From Camelus ferus (lineage: Eukaryota), in contig NC_045697.1 in assembly GCF_009834535.1 (NCBI RefSeq), positions 110,486,001 to 110,550,000 on the forward strand: a DNA stretch of 64,000 nucleotides. Reading direction: 5' to 3'. Positions 61,901 to 64,000 of this stretch are shown piece after piece. Both the position numbers and the translations under genes were made by a program. The notes under the pieces were generated by a model, which did not search any database, was not told the DNA's origin, and saw only the letters and a program-made list of their open reading frames with translations. Numbering within the stretch: position 1 is the first letter of the stretch; the number at the start of each line of letters is the position of its first letter.

Positions 61901-64000
61901 CTTGTGGATAGTGAGTTTGTTGTAAGAATTCGAGAATAAAATGTGTGACTGCTTTGCAGCAGTGTTATAAAGAAGACGTAAACAGCAGGGGTGGTTGATT
62001 TAGGTGATTTTTAAGGTTTCTAATAAATTTGAAATAATTTTATTAGGGGTTTTCCAAAAAATTTTTGTTGATGATTTCTTTCCCTCTAAGTTTGTACAGT
62101 GTTTTTTTAAGTCATACTGTAGTTTTTCAAAGAAGGCGTGAATAATTGATTAGTTCTTTTAACCTTTTTTAGAAAAAACTATTGTGAACAAAATCTGGAT
62201 TTAGGTATTGGTGTTATAGTTTCTAAGTTATATCATCTAACGTAAATTATATCACTTTTTGGAGATTCAGATTATTAAATATCTAACATGAGGATAATGT
62301 AAAGTAGGGGTTTAGGAGTTCAATATTTAAGCATACAGGTCTCTAATTTGAATATCTATTCAACCAACTTACAAGCACTATAACTATCTCTCTTAGTCTC
62401 AGTTTATTATTTTTAAATGGAAAAGAATACTTATCTGACAGGTAAGTACTAAATGAGATAATGTATATAAAGTGCCTGTCGTCATTCAGGGCATATAATG
62501 TGCTAAATAAATGAATGCGGAAATAAACATAAAATGGAATTTCACTGATTAGGAAAGTAAAGGTGAGAGTGAAGTGACTTGTCAGAGGTCTCTTGACTGA
62601 GAACTAGCACTCAGGTCTTCTCTCACCCAAGTCCATTATTTCGGTTAAATCATAATGTTCCTCCCTCCCTGTCTGATTCATTGCACATTAATCATATGTC
62701 AGGGAGTGTAGAGATTTAGAAATGAAAGACTAGACCCTTGTTAATGTCTGTCAGGGGTTGGGGAGGAGGAGGCAGAGGGAGTGACAGCCCAGCACCCTGA
62801 GGTGGGCTCTGTGATAGCTGTACAAACAAAGGAGTGCAGTACCTAGCTTAGCATCGAGAAGGGAGGCTCAGGGAGGGCTTGGGGGGGAAATAACAGGAGT
62901 GGGACAGGCAAAGAATGTGAGGAAGGACTGTGGGAGCAGCCTGTGCAAAGGCTGGTATATGAGAACATGGCACATGTTTGAAATTGCAACTAGGTAAGTA
63001 CTGTTGTTGACATATAGTAAGAAATGAAGTTGGAGAGGTAGGCTGGGCCAGATTATGAAAGGACCTTTATACCTCCCCCCCCCAAGAGTTCAGGTTTTAT
63101 CTTTAAGGAATAGTGGGGAGTCCCTGAAAGAGCATTTTGCTCTTAATACACGTAGCAGTAGCACATGCTCTCGATATTCACAGAAAAGTGACAAGTCAAG
63201 GTCCCTTGACTCTTTATTCCTACTTACCAATGGTAACTACTTAAAAAGTTCCTTGTACATTTTTCCAAAATTTTTGTATGCCTTCATTTTTGTATTCACA
63301 AGCATCTGTGAATGTATACATATATATCTTTAAACCAAACACACAATTGATAAATAGTAAATGTATTGTTCTCCAACTTACTGTCTGTCGTGATATTTCT
63401 TGAATATTTTTCCATATCTGCACAAACAAATCTGTGATGTTCCTTATAATATTACATTGTGTAGTTATACCATAATTTTTGAATCAGTCCTCTGTTGGCA
63501 GACTAGACATTTTCTAAATTTTTAATTTTGCGTATGATGTTGCAGTGAACATGCTTGTGCATTTATCTTTATATACTTGTGCAACTTTATCTGCAGGTTA
63601 GTTTCTTAGTAATTGAATTACTAAGGTTTGTACATTTTAGAATTTGATAAACGTTACCAAATTTTCTCAAAAAGTCATCCTGACTTAATGCACACCTGCT
63701 AAAAGTGCATGAAATCATGTTAAGGTTTTTTCTGAATTTTCTGTTAGATTCTTCATCCAACAAATATACTGAGTTCATGCTGTGCACCAAGCACTATGGT
63801 GGATAATAGGGAAAGTGTTCAAGGCAGGTGGCGTCTCTGCTCTTACGCAACCCAGAGTTTAAACCACAGAAAATCTGCAGGCATTTTGTTTGGTCTGTAT
63901 AGTTTTGGTTACTGTTTTTATAATTGAATTAATTTCCAGTTTTTAACCCTGCAGTATTCTGTTTTCAGGGAACCATGAACCTCACGTAGCAATAATGCTC

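Noticed and set aside
63960..64000. Acceptor-like TTTTCAG followed by ACCATGAAC as the RBM46 start
   Set aside because: The frame closes after 4 codons (MNLT*) and does not match the RBM46 N-terminus as I recall it.

Overview
Mammalian genomic DNA, most likely camelid, judging from five tRNA(Ala)-like SINEs of the Vic-1 type. The window holds one complete protein-coding gene, LRAT (lecithin:retinol acyltransferase), on the + strand: a non-coding exon 1, coding exons 31092-31628 and 35402-35554, and a 229-aa product. A second CpG-island promoter at about 55.5-56.8 kb is probably the 5' end of RBM46; this rests on synteny only, as no RBM46 coding exon is visible. The rest is intergenic or intronic DNA rich in transposon relics. 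Most unusual structures: (i) a defective ERV-S-like provirus (Ser-tRNA PBS, class III pol, gamma-type env) fused behind an L1 5' UTR, lacking its RT catalytic core and 3' LTR, and ending in an 82-bp copy of its own integrase; (ii) a ~550-bp, ~90% identical inverted repeat at 9.6-12.4 kb that no obvious transposon explains; (iii) a polyadenylated LTR RNA copy inserted antisense into a same-family LTR at the homologous position, forming a fold-back; (iv) a perfect DR2 nuclear-receptor element between LRAT and the putative RBM46 promoter. I found no convincing new coding system. Repeat family names and reference comparisons are from recall, not database searches.
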